DNA of 63,036 nt, counting the filler. It is 7 parts of 7 records of this genome, joined end to end, with 100 filler letters (N's around TTAATTAATTAA, not from the genome) between each part and the next. Parts side by side here need not be neighbours in the genome. Positions count along the whole stretch, not along the records: positions 55,236 to 63,036 come from SRR31156797_6497; 6 more parts are not named here. One strand, 5' to 3'. Below the pieces are notes generated by a model. That model was not told where the DNA came from. It was given only the letters and a program-made list of their open reading frames with translations, and did no database searches. A program made the position numbers and the translations under genes. Positions within the stretch are counted from its first letter, which is position 1; each line of letters opens with the position of its first letter. This document shows, one piece after another, positions 60,876 through 63,036 of the stretch.

Positions 60876-61013
60876 CTTCCCTCGTTTATTATTTATTGTT
60901 TCTGTTTTGTAAAACTCGCATAAAAATATGCTCCCAGCATATTTCTTATACTCAGACAGTTACAAAACTTTTTCGAAACAATAATAAACACTCGGCTTCT
61001 TAAATGAGGGAAG
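60876..61013. repeat. Long nested inverted repeat (structured element)
   Basis: CTTCCCTC/GAGGGAAG, TTATTGTTTC/GAAACAATAA, GTTTTGTAA/TTACAAAAC and AAATATGCT/AGCATATTT nested around one centre. Confidence 0.75.
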
Positions 61014-61146
61014 GTAGGATAAGGACCTTTGCATTTTTTTGTACCATTTTATTTTAGTTGGTGTGATACTCAATGATATTATAAAAATTAAGATTCAACC
61101 TCAGGGGTGTTATTTGTAAAAGTTATCGTTATCACCTGACCCTAAT

Positions 61147-62151
61147 TCAAAAATGAACATTAGAATCTTTAGTCAATACATATTTCTTATTTCTTGATAT
61201 CACTATAATATCAAGTGACTTACTAAAATAAGCTTTGTACTTTTTAGCAATGTCAAATTCAATAGAATCATATATCATTGTAGCCAAAAGTGATGATTTA
61301 TGTTTTGTTTGATAATTTTCAATATAATAAGCTCTTCTACTTTTAGTATCTATAAAACCATCTCCGTAAGAAGCTGAATAATAAAAATATTTATTTGTTA
61401 GAGGGATGTCAGAAACTTTAATAAATACTCTTACTCCTTTTTTTACATCTGAAGTCACAAGTAAACACAGTTCACCTTTTTCATTCTTATAAACATATTG
61501 TTTTGATACTGATTCTAAAACTTCTTTAATATCATAGTCATATTCCTTTGTCTTAGGATCTGTAGGAGTATATGTAAATGTTTTCTTAGTTTTCAGATTA
61601 TATATTTCACTTTTGTTATGTAACCTAACCAATGAATGTTTTTTGATTTTTGTAAGTTGAAATGGATTATCAATTCTTAATTTGTACTTTATTAAATAAT
61701 TAAAAGTTTCTTGAGAACTCATATTTTTAAAGTTTTTATTAACTCTATCAGTTAAAAGTTCCTCCTCAGTATCAATATATTTAATTTCCTTAGTTCCATT
61801 ATATGTTTTCAGTTTATTATAATCTATTGGATATTTTAATTCTCCGAGTTTACGTGCATCACCTTCATAATAAGTTCTTGGGCTTATTCTTTTCTTTATT
61901 TTATTTTCTCTATAGTATTTTTTGTTAAATGTAATTAAAAGAATATATGTTTTTTTACTAATATATCTTAGAGTATCATTTTTCTTATTATAAAAGATAA
62001 TTTCATTGTTATTATTTCTATAAAAATCTTCCGTTAAAACTTCTTTTAAATTCTTTTCTAACTTTTCATTATGGTTTTTATTAAATATAGTAAAAGCAAA
62101 TGCTCCACAACTGACTAACACAATAATTAATAATATAATTTTTTTCATCAA
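61147..62151 (-). CDS. Exported Lys/Tyr-rich hypothetical protein
   Basis: 334 aa, N-terminal signal/anchor, very low GC, GAGGA SD; no recognisable domain. Confidence 0.7.
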   Translation of the reverse strand: MMKKIILLIIVLVSCGAFAFTIFNKNHNEKLEKNLKEVLTEDFYRNNNNEIIFYNKKNDTLRYISKKTYILLITFNKKYYRENKIKKRISPRTYYEGDARKLGELKYPIDYNKLKTYNGTKEIKYIDTEEELLTDRVNKNFKNMSSQETFNYLIKYKLRIDNPFQLTKIKKHSLVRLHNKSEIYNLKTKKTFTYTPTDPKTKEYDYDIKEVLESVSKQYVYKNEKGELCLLVTSDVKKGVRVFIKVSDIPLTNKYFYYSASYGDGFIDTKSRRAYYIENYQTKHKSSLLATMIYDSIEFDIAKKYKAYFSKSLDIIVISRNKKYVLTKDSNVHF

Positions 62152-62370
62152 TATTCCTCTAAATAATAATTTTAATTTTATTTAAAAGTCGTATTGTATT
62201 AAAATAAGCATAAAAATAACAAATATGATACATTTAAATACTAAAAAAAATATTTTCAAAATTAATGATGAGAGAATAATTTTCAAGTTCTACAAAAAGT
62301 ATATTTTTTAAGTTATTTTTAATAAAAAATATATAACCTCTTATTAAATTTTATAAAGGAGGTTAATTAA

Positions 62371-62625
62371 ATGAAAAATATGTTATCGAAATTTGCAATT
62401 AGTAGCATCGTAAGTTATATTTGTCTGCAATTCATTACATACTATTTATTATCTTATAATAATACTCTAAGTTTTTTTGATTATATAACATTGCTAGAAT
62501 ATAATAATAAATTAGAGTTTTTACATAGAATGTATTTTTTACACTTCGTACTTTTATTACTAACAGTAATATTTACAAGTATATTTTCTTTTTTTAAAAG
62601 TGATGTTAGAAATATTAGATTTTGA
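62371..62625 (+). CDS. Small two-TM hypothetical protein
   Basis: AAGGAGG SD, two hydrophobic segments; last codons lie inside the palindromic element. Confidence 0.6.
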   Translation: MKNMLSKFAISSIVSYICLQFITYYLLSYNNTLSFFDYITLLEYNNKLEFLHRMYFLHFVLLLLTVIFTSIFSFFKSDVRNIRF

Positions 62626-62740
62626 GTTTAGTCAAGACGAAGATTGATTTTTTCTCGGAGCGTACATGAAGTACGTGAGAATAAAAAATCAATCTTCAAC
62701 GCAGAATAAGCTAAAAAGATGATGTTTATAACATCACTTT

Positions 62741-62741
<1 letters not shown>
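62596..62741. repeat. ERIC/RPE-like palindromic element (~146 bp MITE-like)
   Basis: Terminal IR AAAAGTGATGTTA/TAACATCACTTTT, inner GAAGATTGATTTTTT/AAAAAATCAATCTTC, core GGAGCGTACATGAAGTACGTGAG, AAGACG...AACGCAG. Confidence 0.8.
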
Positions 62742-63034
<293 letters not shown>

Positions 63035-63036
63035 AC

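Noticed and set aside
60444-61145. Repeats as a CRISPR array or integron attC sites
   Set aside because: Spacing of about 310-330 bp contains genes, the repeats are degenerate, there are no cas or intI genes, and I see no RYYYAAC...GTTRRRY palindromic organisation.

Overview
The window is not contiguous DNA. It is seven contigs joined by 100-nt linkers (44 N + TTAATTAATTAA + 44 N) at 9717-9816, 20838-20937, 35310-35409, 41391-41490, 48172-48271 and 55136-55235, which looks like a MAG or draft assembly. Six contigs are low-GC Campylobacterota DNA (Arcobacteraceae-like) and carry mostly ordinary genes: luxS, a type IV sulfide:quinone oxidoreductase, a MazEF-type TA pair, ftsI/ftsW, Cu chaperones, a TetR-RND efflux operon, trpB, pepA, ychF, nucleotide-sugar genes, PhnD-like binding protein/kinase pairs and guaB. 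Contig 41491-48171 appears to be Bacteroidota DNA. The most interesting element is a complete ~4.4-kb island in tRNA-Arg(UCG), 49115-53552. It has att repeats, paired arm-type repeats, an HUH rolling-circle Rep, a MOBP-like mini-relaxase with an RP4-like nic site, a single DUF4917/SIR2-like cargo gene, and a tyrosine integrase whose SD-led start is out of frame by one AT unit in an (AT)5 tract. Other leads are an sqr / 54-aa protein / dead membrane-anchored deformylase operon, a structured sRNA candidate, a colicin-Z-C-terminal-like protein with an adjacent lipoprotein in a repeat-punctuated region, an ERIC/RPE-like element, an mnmD-like gene with no canonical start, and several leaderless genes. 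All family calls come from motif recognition by eye; no searches were run.
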